64,000 nucleotides of DNA from Candidatus Latescibacterota bacterium (GCA_965200315.1 OZ241362.1:1504001-1568000); one strand, 5' to 3'; shown: positions 44,090 to 55,297, counted from the stretch's first letter. Numbers and translations: made by a program. Notes: generated from the letters alone by a model not told the origin.

Positions 44090-45808
44090 ATGGCGAGAGG
44101 GGCTGACAAAGTGATCGAAGCGCTCGAACGCTTCGGCGTCGAGTACGTCTTTGGCCACCCGGGCGGCGCGGCCATGCCCATTTTCGACGCACTGCTCAAC
44201 TCCAAGCAGATCCGCTTCGTCCTCACGCGGCACGAACAAGGCGCGACCCACATGGCCGACGGCTACGCCCGCGCCACCGGCAAGCCCGGTGTCGTCCTCG
44301 TAACCTCCGGCCCGGGCGCAACGAACACCATCACCGGCCTGCTAACTGCGCTGATGGATTCCTCGCCCGTCATCGCCCTCACCGGCCAAACCGTCACCTC
44401 CATGCTCGGCAAAGACGCTTTTCAGGAGGCCGATGTCTTCGGCATCTCCATGCCGGTGGTCAAACACTCCTATCTAGTGAGAGACCCCAACGACATCCCC
44501 CGCGTGATGACCGAGGCGTTCCACATCGCCACCACCGGCCGCCAAGGGCCGGTGCTCGTCGATCTGCCCAAGGACGTCACGCAGGGTGCCCCCTTCCCCG
44601 AATGCAGCGCGAGCTTTCCCGAGAAGGTGTATTTGCCTGGGTACACTTGGCAGACCAAGCCCGCACCCGAGCTGCTCAAAGCCGCTGCCGCCCTCCTGCG
44701 CCGGAGCAAGCGTCCCCTGCTCTACTTGGGCGGCGGTTGCATCGCCTCGGGCGGTCACGAGGCGGCCAAGGCCTTTGCCGAAAAGACGCGGATGCCGGTG
44801 ACCAACACCCTGCTCGGCAAGGGAGCGTTCCCCGAACAGCACGCGCTTTCGGTGGGTATGCTCGGCATGCACGGCACAGCCTACGCCAACAAGGCCGTCG
44901 TCGGCTGCGACCTGATTATGTCGGTAGGCGGGCGCTGGGACGACCGGATCACCGGCAAGCTCGCAGAATTCTGCCCGGACGCCAAAAAGATCCACGTCGA
45001 CATCGACCCGGCCGAATACGGCAAAGTGATCGTGCCCGACGTTTTTATCGAAGGCGATGCACGCCAAGTGCTCGAAGAGCTAATCAACTATGTCGAACCA
45101 ATTGACACGGCATCCTGGCTGGCCCAAATCGACGAGTGGAAGGCGAAATACCCGCTCAAATACGGCAAGCGCGGCGGCCTCAAGATGCAGGCTGTTATCG
45201 ACCGCCTGTACGAACTAACCGCTGGCCGCGCCGTGGTAAGCACCGACGTCGGCCAGCACCAGATGTGGGCGGCTCAGTTCTACAAAACGGCCCACCATCG
45301 CCAGTGGCTTTCCTCCGGCGGTGCTGGCAGCATGGGCTTTGGCTTTCCCGCGGCCGTCGGTGCCCAATTTGGCCGCCCCGAAGAGATCGTGGTCGCCATC
45401 TGCGGCGACGGCGGCTTCCAGATGACCCTGTGCGAACTATCTACGGCCGCGCTCCACAGGCTGCCTATCAAGATTCTCGTCCTCGACAACAAATACTTAG
45501 GCATGGTGCGCCAGTGGCAGAACCTCTTCTTCGACAATCGCCTCTCCGGCGTCGATTTAGAAGGCAACCCCGACTTCGTCAAGCTGGCTGAGTCCTACGG
45601 ACTCAAGGGCTTCCGCATCAAGCGCACGGCCGACATCGACAAGGTTCTCAAGCAGGCTCTTGCCTACGACGAAGGCCCCTGCGTCATCCACGCCGAATGC
45701 GAAAAAGAAGACAACGTCTTCCCGATGATCCCCGCCGGGGCCGCGCTCACCGACATGCTAATCGAGGCCCCCAAGCAGAAACTGGCCCAGCCCAAAGGAA
45801 GTACCTGA
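44090..45808 (+). CDS. ilvB: Acetolactate synthase large subunit
   Basis: FGHPGGA, RHEQGA, TSGPGATN, GMLGMHG, DVGQHQMW, GDGGFQM and MVRQWQ. Confidence 0.97.
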   Translation: MARGADKVIEALERFGVEYVFGHPGGAAMPIFDALLNSKQIRFVLTRHEQGATHMADGYARATGKPGVVLVTSGPGATNTITGLLTALMDSSPVIALTGQTVTSMLGKDAFQEADVFGISMPVVKHSYLVRDPNDIPRVMTEAFHIATTGRQGPVLVDLPKDVTQGAPFPECSASFPEKVYLPGYTWQTKPAPELLKAAAALLRRSKRPLLYLGGGCIASGGHEAAKAFAEKTRMPVTNTLLGKGAFPEQHALSVGMLGMHGTAYANKAVVGCDLIMSVGGRWDDRITGKLAEFCPDAKKIHVDIDPAEYGKVIVPDVFIEGDARQVLEELINYVEPIDTASWLAQIDEWKAKYPLKYGKRGGLKMQAVIDRLYELTAGRAVVSTDVGQHQMWAAQFYKTAHHRQWLSSGGAGSMGFGFPAAVGAQFGRPEEIVVAICGDGGFQMTLCELSTAALHRLPIKILVLDNKYLGMVRQWQNLFFDNRLSGVDLEGNPDFVKLAESYGLKGFRIKRTADIDKVLKQALAYDEGPCVIHAECEKEDNVFPMIPAGAALTDMLIEAPKQKLAQPKGST

Positions 45809-46386
45809 TGCCTACGACCACCATTAATTTTGCCGCCGAGGAACTCAATGCCCGCCAAGAGGCTGTGGACGCGCCTCAGCTCAAGCCGGCCGAACCCCAG
45901 CACAAGACCACCATCGGCCTACTGGTCAACGACCGCCCCGGAGTTCTAGTGAGGATCGCCCAGTGTTTTGCCCGCCGCGGCTACAACATCGAAAACTTGG
46001 TCGTCTCGCCAGCCCACGTCCCCCAGTGCTCGCGCATGACCATCACCAGCATTGGCCCCGCCATCGAGCTGCATCAGATCATCCTTCAGCTCAACAAGCT
46101 AGTCGATGTCATTCACGCCAAAGACCACTCGGCCGATAGTGCCATCACCCGCGAGTTGGCCCTCTTCAAGGTTGGCTGCTCGGTCGAAGAGCGCACCGAG
46201 GTCTTGCAGATTACCGAGATTTTCCGCGGCAAGACGGTCGATATCTCGGAGGAGACCATCACCATTGAGGCCACGGGCACCACCGAGAAGATGGACGCGC
46301 TCAAATCGCTTTTGGGCAAATTCGACCTCAAGGAAATGGTCCGCACCGGCAAAGTGGTCATGGCCCGCGGCAACGATCCGACATAA
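45808..46386 (+). CDS. ilvN: Acetolactate synthase small (regulatory) subunit
   Basis: ATG overlaps the ilvB TGA; ACT domain DRPGVL.RI..FARRGYNI, QLNKLVDVI and EMVRTG. Confidence 0.95.
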   Translation: MPTTTINFAAEELNARQEAVDAPQLKPAEPQHKTTIGLLVNDRPGVLVRIAQCFARRGYNIENLVVSPAHVPQCSRMTITSIGPAIELHQIILQLNKLVDVIHAKDHSADSAITRELALFKVGCSVEERTEVLQITEIFRGKTVDISEETITIEATGTTEKMDALKSLLGKFDLKEMVRTGKVVMARGNDPT

Positions 46387-46640
46387 AAGGGATGTGACAG
46401 CTAATGGAGGGATTGAACAATTTGACGATTTATGAACCTTAGGAACCCTTTCGCCCCCAAATCATATTTAAAGAACCAACGAGAAACGCACTTGGTTCGG
46501 TCGTTTGGACTTTATGACAACGCCGTTGGCACACGAGAAATATCCCGCAAATCGAAACTTGGAATTTCTTAACCTCCGCACATGAACAAGCCAAACGTCA
46601 AATACCATCATTTTCTTGACATAATCGTTGCTTACCACAT

Positions 46641-46672
46641 AAAAAAGGGGACGGGTATCGCCCGCCCCCTTT
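46641..46672 (-). terminator. Intrinsic terminator of the TonB receptor gene (possibly bidirectional)
   Basis: Minus strand GGGGGCGGG-cgata-CCCGTCCCC-TTTTTT. Confidence 0.8.
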
Positions 46673-46691
46673 CTGCCTTCTGTATCCTCCC

Positions 46692-49562
46692 TTAAAACGC
46701 CACACCCAATTGCCCAAAGACCAAGCGGCCGATCTCCGGTGCCCCAATAAAGGTCCGGTGCTTGTTGTCGAGCGCATTGGAAACATCCACCCCGAGCCGC
46801 AGGTTGCTTCCGAACGGCAGCAAATAACTGGCGTTCAAATCGAGGAGCGAGTACGCGCTCACATCCCCGACGTACACCCCCGAATTTTGGCGGAACGCCC
46901 CCACATAGCGCCACTGCGCCCCGAGGATCAATTGCTCTTGGTCGAAGGTGTAGGACATGCCTAGCTTGAATTTGTTACCCGGCGCGTTGAGTGCTATATC
47001 GGCGATTCCATCAACTTTCTCAAATAACGTCTCATCGACATAAGAGTAGTTGCCCGTTAGCAACCACGAGTCACTCGGGAAATAGGCCAAGCTCATATCT
47101 AGACCGTTCAAGGTGATCTCGCCAAAGTTGCGATAGGTCAACATTACCGCGGCCGGGTCGAAGGCTTGCTCCGGCGTAACCGTACCAAACGGGATGCTCG
47201 CGGCCCCGCCGGCAAACAACGTGACAATTTCATCCACCGGCGAACCATTGCCGTTGCCAGACAAGGTGCCCGGGACCTGCATATTGTCGAGCGGGGCGAC
47301 CGCCGTGGCCAACTCTGCATTCTCGGTCAGCATCTCGCCGAGGCTGGCCCCCAGTGCCGCTCCGAGGCTGGCCGGCTCGAGGAAAACATTGGGCGTCTGT
47401 ACCTGAAGCGGAGAGACGAAATCCTCTATCCGGGTGTGATACAGGTCGGCTGCCACCACCAACTTCGAGCCGATCACTCCCTTGTAGCCCAGTTCAAAGG
47501 TCTCGGTCGTAGTAGAGCGGGTCAGCGGCACATCGAATACATCGCCCACTGGATCAAAGGGGGCTGGATCACCGGCAGTTACCTTCTCGAGATTGAGTGC
47601 GAGCAGGGCATTGTCCAACCCTGTCAGTTGTTCGGGCACTAGCGTAGCTAACCCGCCCAATAGCTGCTGGGCGGCCGCCTCAGCCGCTGCTTGGTCTAGC
47701 CCTTGCAGTACCCCTATCTGGGTCGCCGCCAGTCCTTGAAAAAGCGGTGTATTCAGGCGGCTCAGCACCCCGCTGCGCCCCAAACTCCACATGACATTGG
47801 TGAAAACCGGATCCCCCAAGTCGATGTGGTCCGACGCCTGCCTTCCTGCCAACGGCGCGAAAGGCGAGCGAAACTGTGGCCGCCCATTCCCCGAGCGCAC
47901 AAAAGTCCAGCCGCCAACAAAATCCTCGCGATAAGTCCCTTGCGCCCGCACGTCAATGGCCGGTGCAAACCCCAGCGACGGCTCAAAAGCCGCGCCAATG
48001 CCGAAGGCATCCCGGATGGCGAGCTTGTCCAAATAGAGGTTGCTGATCGATGGAGTCGCAAAGGCATGGTTGTACGTCAGCCGCAGGATTTGAGTCTCCC
48101 TCGGCTTGAACACTAGCCCGGCGCGGGGCGAGATTTCGGCGTCGGCAATGCGGTTGTGGTCATCGTAGCGCAGGGCCACCACCAAGTCGAGCATCTCGCT
48201 GAGAGCCGTCTCGCTCTGCACGTAGGCCCCGAACTCGTTGGTCAAGTCGTAGTCTTCGTTCCCGCCGTTGATGGTCCCCTCGGTATCCGGCCGCGTCAGC
48301 AGCACATCAACCCCGTAGGTAAAGCGCTGCCGCACTCCTAGCACAGAGGAGTGCTGGAGCTGGAAGGCGGTCAGTTTAGAGTTATCGATGATAGGCTCGC
48401 CATCGCGCAGAGTAAAAGTATTGCCGGCGTTGCTCCCATTCTGGAAGGCTTGGGCGAACCAATTCTTGTACAGCAGGCGAAGCTGGACGTAGTCGTACGC
48501 CCAGTCTCGGGCCTGGCCGGCCCCTAAGCCGGTCAATTCGATCTGGTCGGCCTTGTTGTATCCACCCGCCAGAATAGCCGTCAAGTCGTCTGTGACCCGG
48601 TAGTCTAAACGCGCTTCAACGGCTTGGCGCTCAATGTCAAAATTGCGCGGTTCGAGGGCTGGATTGGCGAGCCTAGCGCCCACCTCCACTGGGTCTTCGT
48701 ATTCCCAGTCCATCCCCGTATAGTGCTGGGCCGAGACCTTGTAGCCGAGGCGGTCGCCGACCGCCCCGGCGTGGCGCACGGACACCTGGCGCAGGCTGCG
48801 CTCGCCCAACCCCACTTGCGCACTGGTCCCCAACGAATTGAGCGGCGAGCGGGTGATGATGTGCATCACGCCGTTGGCACTATTAGGGCCGTAAAGCGCC
48901 GCCCCCGGCCCCAACACCACCTCGATGCGCTCGATATCGTCGTTGGTCACCGGAATGAAGTTGTAGGCATTCACTCGCAGAGAGGGGACACGGGCGATGC
49001 GATTGTCGGTCAACGTCAGCAAGGCACCCGAAAAGACATTGTTGAAGCCCCGCACGACCACATTGCTCTGCGCCAAGCCGGTCTGGGAAAAATCCACGCC
49101 CGGCAGATCGCGGATGTGCTCGACGACGCTGACCGCCGGCCGGTCGCGGATCTCCTTGGCCTCAACCACTGCCACCGAGGCCGGGGCTTCAAGGACTTTT
49201 TCCTGGCGTCGCGAAGCCGAGACTACGTTCTGGTCGAGGAAGATGATCCCCGTCTCCAGCGTCAGCGTCAGCTCCTGCTCGCCAGCGACAATGGCAACCT
49301 CTTCTCGCGTTAGAAGCCGATAGCCGATATGCGTGACGCTGAGCTGATACTTGCCAGCCGGCAGCCCTTCCAAGCGAAAGCGACCGTCTTCGTCGGTGGC
49401 CGTACCGATCGTACCGCCCGCAAGCAGGTCGCCGACGAGGACGACGTTAGCACCGGGAATCGCTTCGCCCTCCGGTCCCATCACGACGCCCGCAAGCGTC
49501 CCTTCTTCGGCGAAGGCGACGCCCGCCCACAGCACGAAGGCACATAAAAGCAACTTGTTCAT
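46692..49562 (-). CDS. TonB-dependent receptor with an N-terminal carboxypeptidase-regulatory-like domain
   Basis: Start moved to MNKLLL (RBS AAGGAG). TDEDGRF..L..G.Y, VVSASRR, IERIEVVLGPGAALYG.NS..GV and terminal F. Confidence 0.93.
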   Translation of the reverse strand: MNKLLLCAFVLWAGVAFAEEGTLAGVVMGPEGEAIPGANVVLVGDLLAGGTIGTATDEDGRFRLEGLPAGKYQLSVTHIGYRLLTREEVAIVAGEQELTLTLETGIIFLDQNVVSASRRQEKVLEAPASVAVVEAKEIRDRPAVSVVEHIRDLPGVDFSQTGLAQSNVVVRGFNNVFSGALLTLTDNRIARVPSLRVNAYNFIPVTNDDIERIEVVLGPGAALYGPNSANGVMHIITRSPLNSLGTSAQVGLGERSLRQVSVRHAGAVGDRLGYKVSAQHYTGMDWEYEDPVEVGARLANPALEPRNFDIERQAVEARLDYRVTDDLTAILAGGYNKADQIELTGLGAGQARDWAYDYVQLRLLYKNWFAQAFQNGSNAGNTFTLRDGEPIIDNSKLTAFQLQHSSVLGVRQRFTYGVDVLLTRPDTEGTINGGNEDYDLTNEFGAYVQSETALSEMLDLVVALRYDDHNRIADAEISPRAGLVFKPRETQILRLTYNHAFATPSISNLYLDKLAIRDAFGIGAAFEPSLGFAPAIDVRAQGTYREDFVGGWTFVRSGNGRPQFRSPFAPLAGRQASDHIDLGDPVFTNVMWSLGRSGVLSRLNTPLFQGLAATQIGVLQGLDQAAAEAAAQQLLGGLATLVPEQLTGLDNALLALNLEKVTAGDPAPFDPVGDVFDVPLTRSTTTETFELGYKGVIGSKLVVAADLYHTRIEDFVSPLQVQTPNVFLEPASLGAALGASLGEMLTENAELATAVAPLDNMQVPGTLSGNGNGSPVDEIVTLFAGGAASIPFGTVTPEQAFDPAAVMLTYRNFGEITLNGLDMSLAYFPSDSWLLTGNYSYVDETLFEKVDGIADIALNAPGNKFKLGMSYTFDQEQLILGAQWRYVGAFRQNSGVYVGDVSAYSLLDLNASYLLPFGSNLRLGVDVSNALDNKHRTFIGAPEIGRLVFGQLGVAF

Positions 49563-49640
49563 AATTAGCTCCTTATTCTTAAATTTGGGACCAAATTTAT
49601 CCCCCAAAACCCGATCCCGCTACCCAAATAAGTAGTAGGA

Positions 49641-49740
49641 CAGTGGTCGGTGGTCAGTGACCAGTGACCAGGCCCCCTACCTCCCGACCCCTAGGGTGCG
49701 GTGCGGGGACTGACCACTGGCCACCGACCGCCGACCACCA
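49641..49740. repeat. Two inverted arrays of degenerate heptamer repeats (STRR-like)
   Basis: CAGTGGT CGGTGGT CAGTGAC CAGTGAC ... CTGACCA CTGGCCA CCGACCG CCGACCA. Confidence 0.75.
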
Positions 49741-49814
49741 CTCTATTGATTCTACGCGTCTCCATTGCGTATTTTCTCGGCCTTAATCCACCTACGCTAG
49801 CGGAGATTTATTTT

Positions 49815-50834
49815 ATGCCAGACAAACTCAAGCTCGCCTTTATTGGCTGCGGTGCCATCGCTCGCTTTCACCTCGACGGCATCAAGGGCCACGCTCCCCG
49901 CATCGATGTCACCGCGTTAGTCGATCTCGACGAATCCAAAGCCCAAGCCTACGCCGCTGAAACCGGCGGGCGGGCCTTCACCTCGCTCGACGCAGCCCTC
50001 GCAAAGGGCGACTTCGACGCCGTCGACATCATGCTGCCCCACGACCTGCACGAGTCCATCGCCATCCAGTGCCTCGCCGCCGGCAGGCACGTGCTTTTGG
50101 AAAAGCCCATGGCCCCCACACTCGACGCCTGCGACCGCATTCTCGCCGCGGCCAACGCGGCCCCGGGCGTCTTTATGGTTGCGGAAAACAGCCAGTACTG
50201 GCCCGAAATTGTCGAGGCCCAAAAGCACCTTGCCGCCGGAGCTATCGGCGAGATCATCACCGCCCGCGCGGCCTTTGTCTATCCTTTTGACTCCTACTGG
50301 TTCAAAGAAGAGCGGCCCTGGCGCTACGAAAAGGGGCGCACTGGCGGCGGCATCGCCATTGACGGCGGCTCGCACTGGATCCGGCCCTTGCGCATCTGGA
50401 TGGGCGAAATCAAAGAGGTGGTGGGCGTACTGGAGCATCCGCTCGCACAAATGGAGGGCGAGTCCCTCGCCCGCGCACTCTTCCGCTTTGACTCGGGCAA
50501 GACCGCCATCTTCGACGCCATGATGATCGACACGGTCTTTGCCCCGGACCCTTGGTGGCGCATTACCGGCACCAAGGGCGAGCTGACCATCAACGCCGCT
50601 CTCGACGGCGCCGAACTCTATCTGTGGGACGCAGACCATCCCGAAGGCAAGCGACTCTTTGCGAGCGCAGGTTACACCGAGTCCTTTGGGCCGGAGCTAG
50701 CCGATTTTGCCGCCGCGGTCCTCGACGGCAAGGCCCCGGACGCGCCAGCGGAACACGCCCTCGGCGAGCTGCGCACGGCCTTGGCCCTCTATCGCTCGGC
50801 CGCTAGCCAGCGGTGGGAACCGGTGTGGGCGTAA
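49815..50834 (+). CDS. Gfo/Idh/MocA family oxidoreductase
   Basis: Start moved to MPDKLK. IGCGAIA, HVLLEKPMA and GGG..IDGGSHWI. Confidence 0.9.
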   Translation: MPDKLKLAFIGCGAIARFHLDGIKGHAPRIDVTALVDLDESKAQAYAAETGGRAFTSLDAALAKGDFDAVDIMLPHDLHESIAIQCLAAGRHVLLEKPMAPTLDACDRILAAANAAPGVFMVAENSQYWPEIVEAQKHLAAGAIGEIITARAAFVYPFDSYWFKEERPWRYEKGRTGGGIAIDGGSHWIRPLRIWMGEIKEVVGVLEHPLAQMEGESLARALFRFDSGKTAIFDAMMIDTVFAPDPWWRITGTKGELTINAALDGAELYLWDADHPEGKRLFASAGYTESFGPELADFAAAVLDGKAPDAPAEHALGELRTALALYRSAASQRWEPVWA

Positions 50835-51024
50835 TGCTTGCACGAACCGCTCCTTTGGGATATATTCAGCCCTGCGAGGCCGTTCCTCGAAGCACTGAGC
50901 ATGTTCGACCCTTGGACTCTTCCCCAACACCCAAATTCGCCCCCTTTTCAAGCTCAGCGGCAAAGGCTATCAAGGCCGAATGCCCGCTCAATTCAAAATG
51001 CATTATTTATAGAATAGGAAAGCA

Positions 51025-53655
51025 ATGACGGAAAAGTACGTATATCTGTTTGGCACCTCTCAATCCGAAGGCGATAAGGAAATGCGCAACCTGCTCGGCG
51101 GCAAAGGCGCTAACCTCGCCGAAATGGCCCAGCTCGGCCTCCCCGTCCCAGCCGGTTTTACCATCACCACCGAAGTTTGCACCTATTACTACAACCACGC
51201 CAAAACGTATCCCAGCGAACTCAAAGGCCAAGTAGAGCGCACCATTGCCGAAGTCGAAAAAACCATGGACATGCGCTTTGGCGACGCGGCCAACCCGCTT
51301 TTGCTCTCCGTGCGATCTGGGGCCAGAGTGTCCATGCCCGGCATGATGGAGACAGTGCTCAACCTCGGCCTCAACGACGAAATCGTCCAAGGGCTTATCG
51401 ACCAGTCGGGCGACCCGCGCTTTTGCTACGACGTGTACCGCCGCTTCGTGCAGATGTACGGCGACGTGGTCATGGGCTTGCGGCCCGAAGACGAAAAGGA
51501 AACAGACCCTTTTGAGGCCCTGCTCGACGCGAAAAAACACGCTCGTGGGGTCGCGCTCGACAGCGAATTGAGCGCCGAAGACCTGCGCGAATTGGTCGCC
51601 GAGTTCAAGGCTGAGATCGCCAAGCGGCTCGCCCGCGAGTTCCCCGAAGACCCCCACGAGCAGTTGTGGAATGCCATCGGCGCGGTCTTTGGCTCTTGGC
51701 AGGGCCAACGCGCCATCCGCTACCGCGAAATCGAAGGCATCCCCCACGACTGGGGCACGGCCGTCAACGTCCAGTCCATGGTGTACGGCAACATGGGCGA
51801 CGATTGCGCTACGGGCGTGGCCTTCACGCGCAACCCCTCCACCGGGGAGAAGCACCTGTACGGCGAGTTCCTCATCAACGCCCAAGGCGAAGATGTGGTC
51901 GCTGGTACCCGCACACCCCAACACCTGTCCCAGCTCAGCAGCCAAATGCCGCGAGTGTACGAGCAGTTCCAAGCGATCTGCGACCAGCTAGAGCCGCACT
52001 ACCGAGACATGCAGGATGTCGAGTTCACGGTCCAGAAAGGCAAGTTGTGGATGCTGCAAACCCGCAGCGGCAAGCGCACTGGGGCGGCGGCGGTCCAAAT
52101 TGCCGTGGACATGGTTGCCGAAGGGCTTATCTCCCAAGAGGAAGCCCTCCTGCGCGTCACGCCGGATCAGCTCGACCAACTCCTGCACCCAACATTCGAC
52201 GAAGCGAGCCCCAGGGACGTCATCGCCGAGGGGCTACCCGCTTCACCTGGGGCGGCGACCGGCCAAGTGGTCTTCAACTCCGAAGAGGCCGAAACACAAG
52301 CGGCCGAAGGCCAGCAGGTCATCTTGGTGCGCCAAGAGACTTCGCCCGAAGACATCGGCGGCATGGATGCCGCCCAAGGCATTCTCACGGCGCGGGGGGG
52401 CGCGTCCTCTCATGCCGCCCTAGTCGCGCGCGGCATGGGCAAGTGCTGCGTCGCTGGCTGCGAGTCCATAGCAATCGACTATCATCGGGAATTGTTTACC
52501 GCCAACGGCAAGACCGTCAAAAAAGGCGACTGGATATCCATCGATGGCTCGTCCGGCCAAGTCATGCTGGGCCAAGTGCCCACCGTGGAGCCGAGTTTCT
52601 CGTCGTCGTTTGACATCATGATGGGTTGGGCTGACGACAAGCGCCGACTGGCCGTGCGCACCAATGCCGACACGCCACACGACTCAGCGGTGGCCCGCAA
52701 TTTCGGTGCCGAGGGCATTGGCCTGTGCCGCACCGAACACATGTTCTTTGAGGCCGACCGCATCGTGGCCGTGCGCGAGATGATCCTCGCCGCCGACGAG
52801 GCCGGGCGACGCCAAGCCCTAGCCAAGCTCAAGCCCATACAGCGGCTCGATTTTGAGGGCATTTTCACCGCCATGGACGGCCTGCCCGTAACCATCCGCT
52901 TGCTAGACCCGCCGCTGCACGAGTTCTTGCCTCACGAGCCAGCCCAACAACAACAGATGGCCGAGGAAATGGGCGTCCCCTTGCGCCAGATCGAGGCTAA
53001 AATCGCCTCCCTGCACGAGTTCAATCCCATGCTGGGGCATCGCGGCTGCCGCTTGGGAATCACGTACCCAGAAATCTACGAGATGCAGGTCGAAGCCATT
53101 TTTGAGGCCGCGGTCAACGTGCGTACCAAGGGCGTCAATCCCCTGCCCGAAATTATGATTCCCCTCGTGGGCACCGAGCGCGAGTTTAGCGACCTAAAAG
53201 CCATGGTCGACCGCGTCGCCGTGGCGGCCGGGGGCACTATCGAGTATCTAGTAGGCACTATGATCGAAATTCCTCGCGCCGCCCTCCTCGCCGACCAAAT
53301 CGCCGCGGAAGCCGAGTTTTTCAGCTTTGGCACCAACGACCTGACCCAGCTTACCTTCGGCTACAGCCGCGACGACGCGGGCAAGTTCCTGCCCGAATAC
53401 GTAGCCCAAGGCATTCTCGCCGACGATCCGTTCCAAAGCCTCGATCAAGAGGGCACCGGCCAGCTCGTGCGCCTCGGCACCGAGCGGGGCCGCAGCATTC
53501 GTCCCCAGCTCAAGGTGGGCATCTGCGGCGAGCACGGCGGCGACCCCAGCTCGGTGGGCTTTTGCCACGAGGTAGGCCTCGACTACGTCTCCTGTTCCCC
53601 TTACCGGGTGCCTATCGCCCGCTTGGCGGCCGCCCAAGCCACCCTTGCCGAGTGA
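51025..53655 (+). CDS. ppdK: Pyruvate, phosphate dikinase
   Basis: LLGGKGANL, SVRSGA, QGEDVVAG, GGASSHAA, GIGLCRTEHMF, SFGTNDLTQ and GICGEHGG. Confidence 0.98.
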   Translation: MTEKYVYLFGTSQSEGDKEMRNLLGGKGANLAEMAQLGLPVPAGFTITTEVCTYYYNHAKTYPSELKGQVERTIAEVEKTMDMRFGDAANPLLLSVRSGARVSMPGMMETVLNLGLNDEIVQGLIDQSGDPRFCYDVYRRFVQMYGDVVMGLRPEDEKETDPFEALLDAKKHARGVALDSELSAEDLRELVAEFKAEIAKRLAREFPEDPHEQLWNAIGAVFGSWQGQRAIRYREIEGIPHDWGTAVNVQSMVYGNMGDDCATGVAFTRNPSTGEKHLYGEFLINAQGEDVVAGTRTPQHLSQLSSQMPRVYEQFQAICDQLEPHYRDMQDVEFTVQKGKLWMLQTRSGKRTGAAAVQIAVDMVAEGLISQEEALLRVTPDQLDQLLHPTFDEASPRDVIAEGLPASPGAATGQVVFNSEEAETQAAEGQQVILVRQETSPEDIGGMDAAQGILTARGGASSHAALVARGMGKCCVAGCESIAIDYHRELFTANGKTVKKGDWISIDGSSGQVMLGQVPTVEPSFSSSFDIMMGWADDKRRLAVRTNADTPHDSAVARNFGAEGIGLCRTEHMFFEADRIVAVREMILAADEAGRRQALAKLKPIQRLDFEGIFTAMDGLPVTIRLLDPPLHEFLPHEPAQQQQMAEEMGVPLRQIEAKIASLHEFNPMLGHRGCRLGITYPEIYEMQVEAIFEAAVNVRTKGVNPLPEIMIPLVGTEREFSDLKAMVDRVAVAAGGTIEYLVGTMIEIPRAALLADQIAAEAEFFSFGTNDLTQLTFGYSRDDAGKFLPEYVAQGILADDPFQSLDQEGTGQLVRLGTERGRSIRPQLKVGICGEHGGDPSSVGFCHEVGLDYVSCSPYRVPIARLAAAQATLAE

Positions 53656-53664
53656 GATTTTGCC

Positions 53665-54432
53665 ATGGGCCGGGTCATCGCCATATCCAATCAAAAAGGA
53701 GGAGTCGGCAAGACTACTACGGCCGTTAACTTGGCGGCCAGCCTCGCCGTGGCCGAGCAAAAGACCCTGCTCATCGACATGGATCCGCAGGCCAACGCCA
53801 CTTCGGGCTGCGGCTTTCAAAACAGCAAGGAGATCGAACCGGCCAATATTTATCACGCGCTGATCGGGCAAAAAAAGACCGCTGACGTTACCTACGAGAC
53901 CAAAATATCCTTCCTGTCCTTGATTCCCTCGCACATCAACCTAACGGGTGCCGAGGTCGAGATGGTCAACATGATCGCTCGCGAACAGAAGTTAGACGGA
54001 CTGCTCAACCAAGTCCGCGACCAATACGCCTTTATCATTCTCGATTGTCCGCCCTCTTTGGGGCTGTTGACTATCAACGCCCTGACCGCGGCCGACGCGG
54101 TGATGATACCCATTCAGTGCGAGTACTACGCGCTAGAGGGCCTTGGCCGACTGCTCAACACCGTGCGCCAAATCCAACGCCATCTCAACCCCAAGCTCCA
54201 GATCGCTGGCGTCCTGCTCACCATGTTCGACGGACGCTTGAACCTATCGCGCCAAGTATCTTCAGAGGTCAAGTCCTATTTCGGCAACAAGGTTTACAAG
54301 ACCTCCATCAGCCGCAACGTGCGTCTGGCCGAGGCCCCTAGCCACGGCCAACCCATTGTGCTCTACGACATCTTGTCGCAGGGATCTCAGGATTACATGG
54401 GCCTCGCAGGAGAAGTGATCGACCATGGGTAA
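53665..54432 (+). CDS. parA: Chromosome partitioning ATPase ParA/Soj
   Basis: [33 protein letters not shown] and RLAEAPSHG. Confidence 0.96.
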   Translation: MGRVIAISNQKGGVGKTTTAVNLAASLAVAEQKTLLIDMDPQANATSGCGFQNSKEIEPANIYHALIGQKKTADVTYETKISFLSLIPSHINLTGAEVEMVNMIAREQKLDGLLNQVRDQYAFIILDCPPSLGLLTINALTAADAVMIPIQCEYYALEGLGRLLNTVRQIQRHLNPKLQIAGVLLTMFDGRLNLSRQVSSEVKSYFGNKVYKTSISRNVRLAEAPSHGQPIVLYDILSQGSQDYMGLAGEVIDHG

Positions 54433-55297
54433 GAAGCCGGTCCTCGGCAAGGGCATCGGCGCCCTCATCCCCGAGTACACAGAACCTAGCGGCCAAGGCG
54501 ACGCCTCGCGCCAAGTCGTCTATCTCAACGTCAACGAGATCGAACCCAATCCCTATCAAGCTCGCACTGAGTTCGACGAAGAGAGCATTGACGAGCTGAT
54601 GCACTCGATCCAAGAGAAAGGCGTCATCCAGCCCATCACCGTCAGCCGCATCGGCCAGAACTACCAGATCATCGCTGGCGAGCGCCGCTGGCGGGCCACC
54701 AAGAAGGCGGGGATCCAAGAAATACCAGCGATCGTCCACGAAATCGAGTCGCAGCAAGACTTGATGGAACTGTCGCTGATCGAGAACATTCAGCGCGCAA
54801 ATCTGACCCCAATCGAAGAGGCCGAAGGCTACCGCTCGCTGACCGACAAGTGCTTCCTCACCCAAGAGGAAGTCGCCCGCAAGGTGGGGAAAAATCGCTC
54901 GACCGTGACCAATCTCCTCAGGCTGTTGCAATTGCCCCACGAAGTCCAAGACTTCTTGCGCCGCGGTCAACTGCAGATGGGGCACGCCCGCGCCCTGCTC
55001 GGTCTCGAAGAAGACGAAGACCGGCTCGCGCTGGCTCGCCGCGCGGTCGAAGAAAAAATGGCCGTCCGCGAGGTCGAAAAGGCGGTTGTCAATCAGCGCA
55101 CGGGCCGCAAAAAAAAGAAGGCACCCAAAGAAATCCCCACCGACCCCCACATCCGCGACTACGAGGAACGGTTGCAGCACCGCTTCGGCACCGCGGTCAA
55201 CATTCGTCGTACAGCGAACAAGGGGTCAATCCAGATTGAATTCTACAACGATGGGGATCTAGAGCGGCTACTCGACCTGATGATCGATGGCGAATGA
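54425..55297 (+). CDS. parB: Chromosome partitioning protein ParB/Spo0J
   Basis: [32 protein letters not shown] region and GHARAL. Confidence 0.96.
   Translation: MGKKPVLGKGIGALIPEYTEPSGQGDASRQVVYLNVNEIEPNPYQARTEFDEESIDELMHSIQEKGVIQPITVSRIGQNYQIIAGERRWRATKKAGIQEIPAIVHEIESQQDLMELSLIENIQRANLTPIEEAEGYRSLTDKCFLTQEEVARKVGKNRSTVTNLLRLLQLPHEVQDFLRRGQLQMGHARALLGLEEDEDRLALARRAVEEKMAVREVEKAVVNQRTGRKKKKAPKEIPTDPHIRDYEERLQHRFGTAVNIRRTANKGSIQIEFYNDGDLERLLDLMIDGE

Noticed and set aside
51007-51972. 321-aa minus-strand ORF (also 53248..53934, 54338..55180, 49917..50639, 59927..60637)
   Set aside because: Antisense shadows of well-supported genes (ppdK, parA/B, oxidoreductase, ligA); expected in GC-rich DNA and lacking motifs.
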